The notes below the pieces were generated by a model. It was not told the DNA's origin and did no database searches. It was given only the letters and a program-made list of their open reading frames with translations. Position numbers and translations under genes: made by a program. DNA of 64,000 nucleotides. Origin: Takakia lepidozioides (lineage: Eukaryota; Plantae; Bryophyta). This document shows, in pieces, positions 49,208-61,829 of this stretch (its first letter is position 1; each line of letters starts with the position of its first letter). The stretch spans positions 75,206,001 to 75,270,000 of the forward strand of contig CM060733.1 of assembly GCA_030704615.1 (NCBI GenBank), in the 5' to 3' direction.

Positions 49208-51935
49208 TGCCCATTCCGGCTATGACAGTTAGAACACACTTGTATAGACGTGGCTTGCCACAAAATTTGCAATAAAATGTTGCATTTCAAGTCCACTGGT
49301 GCCACATTCCAACTTCACATGACCCTATTTCCGTGCCTCCTAACCCTATTTCCGTGGACTCACAATGGTCTGCTCATGCTTTTTTTTTTCCGCTCATGCT
49401 CATGCCGCTCATGAAATAGCAGCCCCCAATTGTCATAGTGCTTGAAGGCGGATAACATCATTTTTCACGGAAAGAAATACAATCTACGACCCCAATTCAG
49501 CCACACTTTTCAACCTTTGTCCAACAAAGGTGCCTCTCTAGTGTTATACACTCTTTGTTATATATGTAATTATGCCATATCCGCCTTTTATGATAGTTTT
49601 TTTTAATGTATTTGGTTAATTTTTCCACTTTCGTTGAACGGAGGTTTGCCAACTGATGTTTTTACTATGAGTCTAATAGTTAAATGGTTTGACAATATTT
49701 CATGTTTGATAAAATAATTCCGACCACTATTGATTTTAACTGTAAAATGGTGTGCCCACTGGTGATTTTTACTCTTACATTATATGAAATGGTCTGAGAT
49801 GTTTATCTTATTTTGGAGCCAAATAAATGTTAGATTGGTTGAAGGTGTTCATTGGTTTGCGCAAACCTTCAAGTGCAATTGGTCTTGTATTTAGAAGTTC
49901 CCGTGTATTTTGAAGTTCAGTTCCCGTGTCCCTCCATATCGGGAGTTTCACGTTATTAAAATTATTGTTGTCCTTCCTATTTTTGAATATGTCCTATTTA
50001 AACATTACAATTTATTACTGAAATGTGTGTAGTATATATTTATGAATTTGCCACCTTCGGATACCGAAGGTAAGAACTTTGGGAGTTCTATTGTGTGTTG
50101 GAGAGTGTAGGCCCTATGTTGATTCATATTTTGAGTTTTTTATTGCAATATTTTATCATAATTTTGTTGTCTATGTTTTTATTTTCTATATTATTTTTTA
50201 ATTTGCAGATGTGTTAATCATAATGTATAAATATTCAGTGTCTAAAATGCCACCTCCGCCGAAGGTGCATGCTGGGGATTTATTCTCTTGCCTGATTCAT
50301 AGAAGATGTCTGGAAGATGCTTTGTTTTACCCGATATTTCGTCGATTTTTAGGTACATTCTATTTTAAGGAAGTTTGCCTTCAATGAATAGTATATAAAT
50401 TTATCGTTGAACTTTATGTTATTTCAAATATCTGTTATTTACTTTTCACATTTACCAATCATATTTTATGAATACATTTTCTATTCTCTTTTAATATTTT
50501 CATAATATTTATAATTTGTATTAGTTGTTTACTATTGTTTTGTTTCTTCATAATATTGGCCCGCATTAGTCGTCACATGTGCCACAGGTCACATCCGCCA
50601 TAAACAGAATGTCACATTTATTTTCGTGGAAAGGGTATATTAAGCACGGGTTGCCCTCTCTTATCCAGAGTCCCACCCACCTTACTATTTCTGCTTACCC
50701 TAGAATGGAGCAAGACGTTACGATCTGCGAAGCAAATGTAACCCTAATAGTAGTGTGTCAGGAGAGCAGAGTTGCGGTGGTGGCCGTCAGATGTGTGGTG
50801 GCAGTTCTCGTTCACGAGAAATGGATGAGGTAAAGTTCTCTTTTCGCTTTGTGTAATTCTCTTCCCCTGTTCTGTTGCTGGTACACTGTGGGCTCTCTTG
50901 TTTGTGTTGTTACACTCTAGGCCCTCTTTTTATTTGTCTTGTTGCTTCTGGTATCTTAAGCTTCTGGTATCGTAGGTTTTACCTCTTAGGTTCTCTCTTG
51001 TGTTAAGGTTCTGGTTTAGAGCAGCGTATACGTTGGGGCTACTTTGCCCGTCTTGAGCACCTGGAGAAGGCCGCTGGAGCAATCCGGGCTTGTGCGTCTA
51101 CCTCTGTTCCTCCTACATGCGAGTTTGGTTGCCGTCCTTGAGCATCGTCTCGGTTTTGCTTCTTTCTCGTAAGCTGCACTTCTGTTTTCTAGGTTTGCTT
51201 ATCGTGTTTAGTCCGCATTGTTCGTGTACTCCTATTCCTCTTACATGCGAGTCGGTCCGCGTTGTTCTTGTACACTCCATCACGTATTTTTGCACTATGT
51301 CACAGGGGGGTATTGAAAAAGCGGCATGAGGTATTTTTCTTTTTTCCTTGTACGGTGCATGTTTGCTTTGTATGGTTTCTTTGCCATTGCATCTTGTTAC
51401 AGCTCCTCTTGTTTTGTTATTTCGGGCCTGCCATGCCCTTACACAACTTAGAGAGAGCGAAAGTGTGCTTCTCAGATCGTTGAAGGAGACATAATGCTTC
51501 TGTGACATATTCACTTAGCCACATTGAGAATGAATCACGACCTTGCACGCGGGCGGGAAAACAATCATTGTAACAGACACCATGGGCTGGGATGCAGGAC
51601 CGCCGGCTCTTCTCCCATTTACTACAGGACTGGCTCTCCCATATAATGCTTGCTTATGCATTGTGCCTATCGTGCCTGCTTATGCATTGTGACTATGCTT
51701 GCTTGGCGCACTCTGTTTTTCTGGAGTTTGGTTGCTGTCGTAGAAGCGAGCGGCCTATAGATCTGACATGAAACATTGGCTTCCTATGCGCTCTTCCTCC
51801 TCGCATGGTGTACCTATTCGGTTTTCTTGTACATACTTGTTGCTCTACTTTTGCGTGCCTACAATGGGCTCTAGTAAGCGGCGGTAGTTGTTGTACCTTT
51901 TCATTTGTTTATGCTTATGCGCACATTGTGTGCAG

Positions 51936-54900
51936 GATTTGGAGGGGGGCGGGAATTTCTTAGACGGAGGCCTTAGTAACCTCCTGGAGAGAGCGGAATT
52001 CTGTAGTCTTCTTTCACTCTTTTTCCAATTCCAGATGGTTGTGAGAATGGATCAATGGAGGAGGGGGACCTGTTAGCGACTCCTTACGTCGATCGGCGTT
52101 GTTGCTGACTACAAGTGAGCTGGGCCGGGTACATCTGGCGGCTCCCACGAAAAACGCTATCGCAGGTGGGGTTGGGGCAGACCAGCAGTCGGACTCAGAG
52201 GTACAATGCTTCTCCACTCCCCAAAAGCAGATCGCCATTAGGCCCAGGACGATTGTGCAGAGTAGCCCTGGAGCTTCTGTGACGGCTTCCACGATGGACC
52301 TGCATGCAGCTTCTACGATGGACCTGCCGGCAGCGACAACGCACTCCTTGTACAATGAACATGTAGTGGGGGGGGGGGGGGGGGGGGGGGGGGGTCGTGA
52401 GACCAACGCACTTGCACTTGCATCTGTACCCGAGGAAATGTTGGAACAAGGTGCTGCTATGAAGCAGTTACAGGTCCTTGATGATCACAATGCTGGAAAC
52501 CTGCAGTCCGTGGTGAATAAATGGCAATTACTAAACCCACCTTGCCTCCAAATGTGCCCCTTTGCAGAATGATATTGAATCCCAAAATTAGGCCAATCGT
52601 TGGGGAGAATGCAGGGGATGCATTGAGAATATTTCTTGACAAATGGGTATGTGGAAGGTCGTGGATATTTCTTTTTGGCCCCTACAGACGAGGAGGAGAT
52701 TCCTACTTTGGTGACGGATGAGATTCGAGCGGGGTGGAGTGCCCATTGGAAACAAGTTAGCAATGAGTTTGATGCTGATTGCGAAGCGGATGCAAATTGG
52801 GCATGGCTAAAGAATCGGATGTTTTACGTATGGGATGGTAACCACCGCTTGCACATGTGGTTGAAGCTTATCAATAGTTTAAAGACAAACGAGAAACCAT
52901 GGCATGTGTGTGTGCAAGCGAAGATATTGCGATGCCAGGCCAGCACTATGCTGAAAGCTGCCATGTTCCAAACCAATGCGTAAGGCTACTGACCTGCTTG
53001 TTTTGATGATATTCACATGAAATGGATTTCCAAATGTATAGTCAACAAGATTGCAATTGAAAACCAATACAAATTGCGTGTGTTGGTTGCAGTATTAATG
53101 ACAAGGGTTCGTGAAGACCGAGGACATCCACAACCTCTGGTACATTCAAATGATCGGCACAAGCCCTCTGGAGCAGTACAAAGGGCTCCTCACCAAACGC
53201 CACTACAACAAATCATTGGCGAAGGAAGCTGGAAAGACATGGTATACTATGACACAAGAGGCTATGATCGAGATTCTAGCCCATATGAGTACCCTGTCTT
53301 TTCACCTTTGTGGCTTTCCGGTTGGTTAGAATCACAGATGTGGATGCATAAGGAGGATGCTAATAAACATTGATTGATTTGCATATAGGGGGACATAATG
53401 AAGGCAATTGCACATGCGAAGATTAGGTACGAAGCTGACCCCAAAGGAAGAGAGGAACCGCGAAGGATGGCTGTTGCAATAGTTGCAGCTAAAATGTTGC
53501 CAAAGCTAAAGCATCTAAGCAGATGGCGAAGAAGCTTCCCATTTACGATCCGGCCAACGGCCCGGAGTTTTTGCCAACCCTACAGACTTGCCAAGAGGGG
53601 GGGAAAGAGTAGGCTGGAGAGAGCCTACCTAATTGCAACTTCCGAGGTATCCCCAAAAGAGAAGCAGCGGTGGCTGCAGTTGCATATTGCAGCACCTGCC
53701 CAGCAGGCAGAGGCCTACTTCCCAGGAACTGAAGGAAAGATCACTGACAAGATTATGGACAAGTGGTTGGCCAGGAAACGTGGTGGTTTCAGGTGAGGAA
53801 TTTTTTGCCATGGAATATTTTCAGATTGTATTTGTAACATCTGTTCTGAGCATCTCTAAACAGTCATATGATGGCAACAGGTTGCCACAGAGGCTATGGA
53901 GTTGTTTGCCAAGATCACAGAAACAGATGAGGGGGGAGCACTTGCATTTGAGAAGTGGATACTTGAATGGAAGAAGAAGGCCTACAAGAAGCTGTTCAAG
54001 CCGGAGATCGAGTCCCATCGCAGGACAATGCTGCTGTCTGACGAATCAGGTGGACCTCGTGCTGCCAAAAGGTTGTTGTACAGGTGCGAACTCACCCATA
54101 ATCCTACTCTTACCACACTGACCCGGTGCTCTCCTAAATGTAATGACGCTTCTGAACCCTCCAACCTTCGTTGAAAAACACCCGGAGGTACATAGTAACG
54201 TTCTGGCTTGTCCAAAACTATGGCCATAGAGAAGACATCCTCAATGGACCTTCGTTGGACATAGGTGGATACAGGAAACCACGTACTGTTGTCACCCACC
54301 TTCGCTCGACGCAGGTGGGTCGTATATGCCCGTAATGCACTTCCTCTTGAAAGGAATTTTTTTTAATTTGTGATAGAGACTTCGATCCTAAACCCAATAA
54401 CAAAAACACAACATATCCCTGATAAAGAAATATGTTGTTTCAAGTCAACCAACATCGTTCACCCACCTTCGGTGGACGTAGGTGGGTCATTGACCAACAT
54501 CAACTAATTATGACTGGAAAAAAAACAAATAAGTAATGTAAAAAAAAATTTATTTTTTAATTTACTCGAGGGGCCCCAATATACAGTCACCATTTTCCTC
54601 TTTAATTATATGTTTTTCTTTTGTCCAGGTTATGTTATGGACCCTGAACCCTGCTGCCTCGTCACCCACCTTCGGTGGACGTAGGTGGTTCCTAGGCAGG
54701 CCCATACAAGACCTAAATTAAGGCATAAATGTGAGAGATTTAGATTTGTCAAATTATTTGATCGGGATTATATACCCTCATGTATGCCCTTATAGACCCT
54801 ATACCCTCTTGTAAGCCCTTCGGTGGACGTAGGTGGGTATCACGGTCCATGAATTCGTTATTAATCCCCCCCAGTTGTCTGATTAAGTGTTCTTACCCCC

Positions 54901-56243
54901 ATTCGTGCTATGTGAGGACCTTATTAGCACAAACTAAAGTGGTTGTTTGGTTTGTGTAGGTATCTACTTGACATCCACGGGGGTGACAATCTTCCCTCTG
55001 TTGCTGAGGCGTGGACGACCCCTGGCAATGAGAAAGTCACTATGTTCTCTAAAGACCAGACGGCCAACCTAACTCAACTTCATGCTGACTTGTGTCCGTG
55101 GTATCTGGACTACCCCCCAAAGGACGGTCCTCCGGGAGAGAAGGAGAAAATTACCCAGGTGGAGTCTAAAGTTGGTGAAGAGAAAAGGTAATCCCTTTTT
55201 TCCTTGCAATAGTTTCGTACATTACTCTATAAGTTTTCAAATGTAATCATTTCCTATGTTCCTGCACAGACGCTATTCTTCGACGTCCATTGTTTGGTGC
55301 TTGGGACCTGCACAGGATTTGAATTCAGTGACCAAGGCTGTGTGCTATCGAAATATCCGGAGTGTTTCTCCGCTGATATGTTGCGGCATTTTCTACCCAC
55401 ATCTGAGATGACATGTCACCAAATGGTTCTCCTTATAGAGGTCGGAAGGAGAAGTCCCCCGCATTCTACCAGACAATCATGGAGCTATGTTCAGCTGAGG
55501 GGGCCAAGGTTTTGGATTTGACTGCTTCGACAGGTAATATTAATTCAGAGTCCTTATGTTGCAATCTCTTATAAATTCACTACTATTAAAGGGGCCATCG
55601 TTATGCATATGTCTTCTTCTCTTAAACTGGAAAAACAGATTATCTTATATTGGCCGACGTCGTCGCTGTTGTAGGAAACTCGGTGAAAGTTGCAATCACA
55701 TCAGGCATACACATCGTCGCAATGGAGAGCGACTTTGACGTGTTCGATGACATTTTGAAGCCTATGATGGACACTTGTCCGAAGAGAAGACGACCTCCTG
55801 GGCTACATGCTAGAAGGCCTGCAGTGAAGTATGTGGACACATCCGATGGCGAGGGTGATGTGTGAGTGAGTCATGTCACTAACCTTGTATGAATATTGGT
55901 TTGTTTGTCGTTTCTGTTCTTTTTATGAGTGTGACCGTATGGTTGCCCTTGTGCAGGCACGGAGATGTGAGGAGGCAGGATGGATTTGCGTACGTACGCA
56001 AATCACATACCCATGACCCCACAGCAGTTTCCGATGCTCCCAATCTACACAGAGGCTGAGGCCCAAAGACAGGCATCATCAATACGAGAGAATGAGTGGG
56101 ACGACCAGTTGACGTGGACAAAGAAAAAATCTATGTTTGGGAATAATAGCTTTGTGTATGTGTTGGACGAGGCTACTGAGGCATGTGAACTGTCTAGTAG
56201 TAGTATGAGCGATAGCCTGGTCGATGATCTACCAAATTTGTAA
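51936..56243 (+). CDS. Divergent third ParB-MTase-like gene (D copy, multi-exon, motif-IV region apparently missing)
   Basis: RMFYVWDGNHRLHMW, KTWYTMT, AAKRLLYR, CPWYLD, EKSPAFYQTIMELCSAEGAKVLDLTASTG, VAITSGIHIVAMESD. Start uncertain. Confidence 0.65.
54160..54840. repeat. Intronic cluster of CCCACCTTCG-N5-CGTAGGTGGG interrupted palindromes
   Basis: Copies at about 54247, 54292, 54460, 54662 and 54816. Related copies at about 49625, 50051, 56811 and 56917. Confidence 0.8.
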
Positions 56244-57134
56244 TTGATTTGGGATCTGAGGACACTATTGAATAGCTGTCAGAAAGGGAACGGGCTAAGC
56301 AAACTGAATTGAAACTCAATCTACTTGAAGCTTTTTTGACATGCTTGACCGGCAATTTTACAATTTGGAATTCTGTAAAATACATATTCTTGAAGTCTTT
56401 GAAGATTCTCGTAGGATTGTCTTCTATATTATTTACTCTTTAAGGTCCTGTCAAAAGAAAGATATTGCAGTGACACAGGTTAAAGTGAACATTCTCTCTT
56501 GCTTGTCAAATGCGTTTGAGGGGCACGTGTCAGGTCTGCTTTTGAAATGCCAAGTTCAACCAGGTTGTGTGAGTTTTGTAAGTTATCCCAAACTCAATTC
56601 ATTTATCACACCCTCATACCCTCATATGATGCTGGCAATTTCGGAATTGGGTCCACAAGCATATACCCTGCATGCATGTGGACGTAGGGCATATGCAAAT
56701 TATTTTCGACCTATGGTGAACGAAGCTGACCTTCCTCACTAATGGAAATGCAATGTTATGTGACATGACAGGAGCTCTCCCAGGATTTTACTCCTAAGAA
56801 TTTTGATATCGACCTAAGTTGGACGAAGGTGGATGGATGTGACAATGATATAATTGTTAAATTGGAATGTTTGCTTGGGTTATCCTTCCCGATACTTGAC
56901 GGCTTGGGCCAGCTTGGACCTTCGGCTGACGCAGGTGGGTGGCTATGTGTTTGAGCTGATTTTCTCAATCTGGTATCCGTCCGCGATCTACCACCGCGGA
57001 CATTAGCCACATTCGCTGGCCGTAGGTCCTTTATTGGGCAGGTTCGTTGGGCATGTAAAATGTTATTGCTAACCTTCGTTGACCTTCGTTACTGATGGAA
57101 TATCGTTGTTAACTGACAGAGAATAGGAGCTCTC

Positions 57135-57627
57135 GTTCAGCCTGCACACATACCTACCAGTAGGTCATGTATTGAAGGAGCATAAAAATGTTGAGGTCAT
57201 GCAAAGGGCAAGGTAATGGTCCAGCCTGCCCTATTACCATTTCAAGACACGTTTTCACACATACATCTTGGATATGACCCACAGGTTGCAACATCTTACC
57301 TTTTCAGCCATTAATTATGGCAGGTCATGCATCAGCCAAGGCATAAGGACCAGCCTGCAATTTGTCAGAATCACAATATGCCCACCAAGCAGTCCTACTT
57401 GGGCATGATGAAATAAATTCCATATCATTTGTATTCACCCCGAGACAGGTGATCATACAAGGTGTCAAGGGAATGTGAACTCAGCTTGTCAAATTGCAGG
57501 TTCAAGACTTGTACATACAAGCAGCTTGAACAGCCGAGATCCAGCCTCTTTTGCATATAAAAAACCAGATTGCAGGTCATAGGCCTGATGGCATGACAAA
57601 GCCAAAACTATAGGTAGGATCCCATTG
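57135..57627. repeat. Dispersed repeat of about 495 bp, copy 2
   Basis: Matches 7450-7946. Confidence 0.9.
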
Positions 57628-58147
57628 GCAGGAGGGAAGTCTCGCATATTCTACAGTAGTTGGCAGGATGGATGGCTTGGACAAACTGGTGGATTCACGA
57701 GGACGTGACATGGCAGACTGAAAATTACAGATGCAGAGCATGATGAGTACTAGAAAGCCATTGTGGGCCAGATTGGGGATTAATCTACCAGGCGCAGGAC
57801 CAGTGACATCTACGATGGATGCGTTTGCTGTGACAGTATCAAAATGTTTGGAATCCCAATTTCAGACGGTAACTGGTGCTCACTCTAAGCCCTTATGTCT
57901 TCATGTCACTGATGATCTTTTGAATTTGACCAAGGAGCAGCAGGATACAGGGAAGGCCAACTGTGAGGTACACGTGGAAATTCAGCCCTTACCACGTACA
58001 AAGGCAGTAGCAGTCCAGGGCAATGGTGACAGAGCCGCCGGGCACACCGGATTCTGGTATGCAGGTATGTGGGAGTTTAAATGGGGAGGAAGATGCAGAC
58101 GGTGACAAACAAAACAAGCAGGTTGCTTTAATTTCTCCTGCTCACAT

Positions 58148-58752
58148 GTGAAGCCAAATGACAGTTTACTTCCTGGACCAGCGAAGAAACATTTACTAAT
58201 TCTGGACTTAAATGGTCTGTTATGTGAATCTTTTCATTCTGCTAATGGGCCTGCATCCCTTCCCAAAGGTTTTGTGGGGAAGATGTGTGGCAAGAAGATG
58301 GTAGTTTTGAGACCATGCTGTTATGACTTTTTGCAAAAGTGTTTTGAACACTTTGAGGTGGCGGTGTGGTCTTGTTGCCAAGCTCGCAACTTCTTCCCAA
58401 TGGTGGACTATATTTTTGCAGCCCACACTAAGCTGGTTTTCCAGTGGGATGCCCTTCATGTGACGAGGATCCAGTCCTCCCATGTCATAAGGGGTCTGAT
58501 TCAAAGCCATTATATTTCAAGAACTTGTCTAGAGTGTGGGCAGACTGGCCAGAATGGACTTATGAGGACACTGTTCTTGTTGACGACACACCCAAGAAAG
58601 GCGGCAAACAATCCTCCCTTCAGTGGGATTTTTCCAGAGCCATGGAAGTGCAACCAGATTCACCAACTGATGAGTATCTAACAGAGGTGTTGTGGCCTTT
58701 CTTGTGGAAGGCATCGAAAGCTGCCAGTATTCCCAAGTTTTTGGAGTCTTAG
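58148..58752 (+). CDS. NIF/FCP1-SCP-like HAD phosphatase domain (frameshifted)
   Basis: LLILDLNGLL, VLRPCCYDFLQKCFEHFEVAVWS, YFKNLSRVW, TVLVDDTPKK, NNPPFSGIFP. Confidence 0.75.
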
Positions 58753-59258
58753 CCTGTTTTCGGACAACAACCATACAACATTGCTACTGTGAAGGTACAA
58801 ACATTCTGACAGTGCTCCAGAGGCTACAAGTTTTTGGGTTCATTCATTGCATTGCTTTCCTGGATGCTTCTCCTCGGTTGCTTGATTAATGCTAGGTTTT
58901 CATTGCAGGTTTTCATGTTGGCTTTTTTTGTTTGATTCATACTTGGATTTTGTTTCTATTCACTATTCTTGTTTGCTCATTGCTTTCCTGGTTGTTCTCT
59001 AGTCTGTGACACATGAACTTGTGACAAACAAAGGTGATATTGTCGACAAGCCGGTACAGACCAGGGCAAGAGTGTCGACCCGGCGAGTAGCCACCCCAAA
59101 AGAGGTCTCACAACCACTCGAGACTGCAAATGGAGTAAGTCCAGGCCCTTGTCTTGTTTGTTTTATTTTTTCCAACCTTGGGGTTCTCTTTAATTCGCAA
59201 ATGTTGAGTGTCATAGTCCTGTGTATGTCATGGGTTTTCACATCGTGTTCTTTTTTGT

Positions 59259-59447
59259 GTGGAGTTGGGATCACAGCTCAGGGTGGGTGACGAGGTTTGG
59301 CTGTTGGATGTGAACTCCAAACGCAAGAAATGTGGAGTAGGGCTGATTGTTGCTCTTCAAGGTGTTGTGGTGGGTTACGGGTACCCTGCTGTGCCCCTTG
59401 ATTATGTGTACATCAAAGAGGCATGTGTCAGTAACACCCCTCTACCA
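59259..59447 (+). pseudogene. ORF fragment interrupted by element C, weakly resembling the Tnp1/EnSpm-associated beta domain
   Basis: VGDEVWLLD...GVGLIV...VVGYG...YVYIKE...PLP. Resemblance judged by eye only. Confidence 0.3.
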
Positions 59448-59899
59448 GGGGGCTGCTATTTCATGAGCCATGAGCCATGAGCCATGAGCAGAGTCGTAAG
59501 TGTCGAAAAAAACATGAGCAGGACTATTTTCCGGAAATGAGTGTCCGCGGGAATAGGGTTTAGGGTGTCACGGTCATAGGGGGAGAAGGACCTCCCGATG
59601 AAGGAGGTTCGGCAATGTTTTTTAGAATTACATATTGAAAGGCAATGTTTCGCGAATGGTAGGGTGGTACTGATCTGTACAATGGGGGCCCATTTCAGCC
59701 TACCAGCCACTTGCAAAATCCACCCACACTCCCAATGAGGAATGATGCATTTTGGGAACGATGGATACAGAATAGAACAAAATGAGGGCACAATGGGGTT
59801 TTTATTGATCCACATAAATTGCATTTGAAGCACGTCTACTGTGCTGATTGTGCAAGCAATTCTTTAGCCCTGTGCCTTCTAAATACAAGTCACGTTGTC

Positions 59900-60644
59900 A
59901 ATGGGACTTCGACTGCTCTGGAAGTAGCTCATGAGTCTTCGGGCTCCTCCTGGTAACTGGATTGCAGCCGTTGTACCGCCCCTGTTTATGTTCACCACAA
60001 TGTCCTGCCCTTCAATCATACCACCATCGAATATGGAAAGCTTCACGTTTTCGCCGTCCACACCAATGCGAATGTCCCCATACAATGGAGAAGATGAGCG
60101 CACTCCTTCAGGAGTATAAGTCTCTCCGATGGAGTCCACCCACGTCCACTGGCAGCAGTTCCACCGCAACAGCATAGCAGTGCGCATTCTTCTGCATGGG
60201 TGCCGTCGTAGCTGGGAAAATCGGAATCAAGGATGCGCAGGAGCCACGGACTCCTCAGACCAAGATCGTCACCCCGCCCGAAAGGCGTACTGGCCTGGGA
60301 GATACTCAAAAGCGGACAATGTTTCCACATTCGAACCAGTATCTTCTGTAATCTGTGTACCAGATAACGATGTCTCCCGATGTGGCCGAAACATTGCATA
60401 ATCGATGCCTCCATAAGGGCAGTCGTCCTGGTTCCGGAAGCACGGCATCCTTGCAAAGGAGGACCTGAGGACGTCTTTGATGCCGATGACAATCACTTGC
60501 AGACAGCAACGAAGCCTTAGATTTTCGAAATGATGAGAAGCGGAAGAGCAGTGCGGGCTCCAATAATGGACCATCTGGGTCACAAGTACCCACAATCATC
60601 GGTGTAACGTGTTCAACAAGCCAGCGGTGACCTCTTTTTCTCAT
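59900..60644 (-). pseudogene. Cargo gene Y, copy C
   Basis: Homologous to 25476-26246, with several single-base indels. Confidence 0.55.
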
Positions 60645-60723
60645 CCACGGGGTATAGTTTGAAATCTGCCACCGAAGTCTATCCCCGGATGGAAATTCGG
60701 CGCCGTATTTACATCGAAGGGGG

Positions 60724-61560
60724 ATGGACTTCGTCGTCTCGAGTGGCTATAGGCCCACCTGGCACTTACTGCCCATAGTTTGCATGGCAGGGAAGGAAAC
60801 TGAAACGGCTACATCCATGGATGAGCCAATCTCATCCATGCAGGTTCCTGTCGGGGGGAATTTAAATGTGCCCTGGAGTGTTTGTGAGGAATTGCAGCGT
60901 TTGCTTGAATTTCTTCCAGCCACCGCGCTGCTACCTCCTCCATCCGGGAGCTGCTGTCATTGAGCATACTGCGCTACTCTTTTCAGGACGCCGTGCCGCC
61001 GAAATCCTGCTGACTGCCCTTATCATGGCCACGATTATGCTATGTTCAAACCAGAATCAGGAGACATCATTGTCTGGCTTCACTTTTCACAGACGCATCT
61101 GGAATCAAGCGGGAGTCTTTGTGCGCAATGGAGTATTTGGAGGGCTATTACCGCTTTGAGCGAGGTGAGGGCGAGGGTCAATGCGGTCCGTGGGTCCTGA
61201 AAATTGTTGACCTCGACAAGGTGGAATGGGATGCCGGACAGATCACGCACGGCCTCACTTTGGCGCTGGAACTGCTGCCAGTGGACCAGGGAGGACGGCA
61301 CCGGGGAAAACTATATTCGTGGAGTTCACTCCGCTTTTCCAGTGTATGGAGACATTCGGCTGAGTTGCAAAGACGAATCGCACGGGCACAGGAGGCCCAC
61401 AGTGACCTTGTCGATGTATGATGGTGGTATGATTGATGGGCATGACATTGTCGTCAGCTCCACCAAGGGCACCAGATCGACCGCATTGCAGTTTACCTCG
61501 AGGTGCCGCATCAGTAATGAGCTTGTTTTGAGGGCTATCGAAGTTCCGTCGACTTGGTGA
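60724..61560 (+). pseudogene. Cargo gene X, copy C
   Basis: Homologous to 24549-25394. Confidence 0.55.
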
Positions 61561-61829
61561 CGCCCATGTAGAAGGAGGAAGGGCTTAGATTTGTCTGGAG
61601 TTGCTAAATGTGAGACACCGTTTCGATCAATAAAACAACCCATCGTACCTCACTTCTGTGTGCTTGTGTTTCATCGTGTTCAAAGAACTGCCGTAATTGG
61701 CCCACTGTTTACAATTTGAGGTCTCATTTGTACAATGTGTCTGTCCATATGACTATACCAGAGTCAGCGATATCAGAGTCCCGAGGTGAAGAAAATCCAT
61801 GTATGAGTTGTAGGAAATATGTACACGCC

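Larger units (their letters stand above)
36662..49427 (+). mobile_element. Mutator-like element copy B (12.8 kb) with divergent transposase and ParB-MTase genes
   Basis: TIRs GAGGTTTGCTATTTCATGAGC and GCTCATGAAATAGCAGCCCCC. No matching TSD. Confidence 0.88.

Noticed and set aside
52366-52394. Long G-run or poly-Gly (also the C-run at about 4478-4496)
   Set aside because: Homopolymers of uncertain length with no independent evidence of function.
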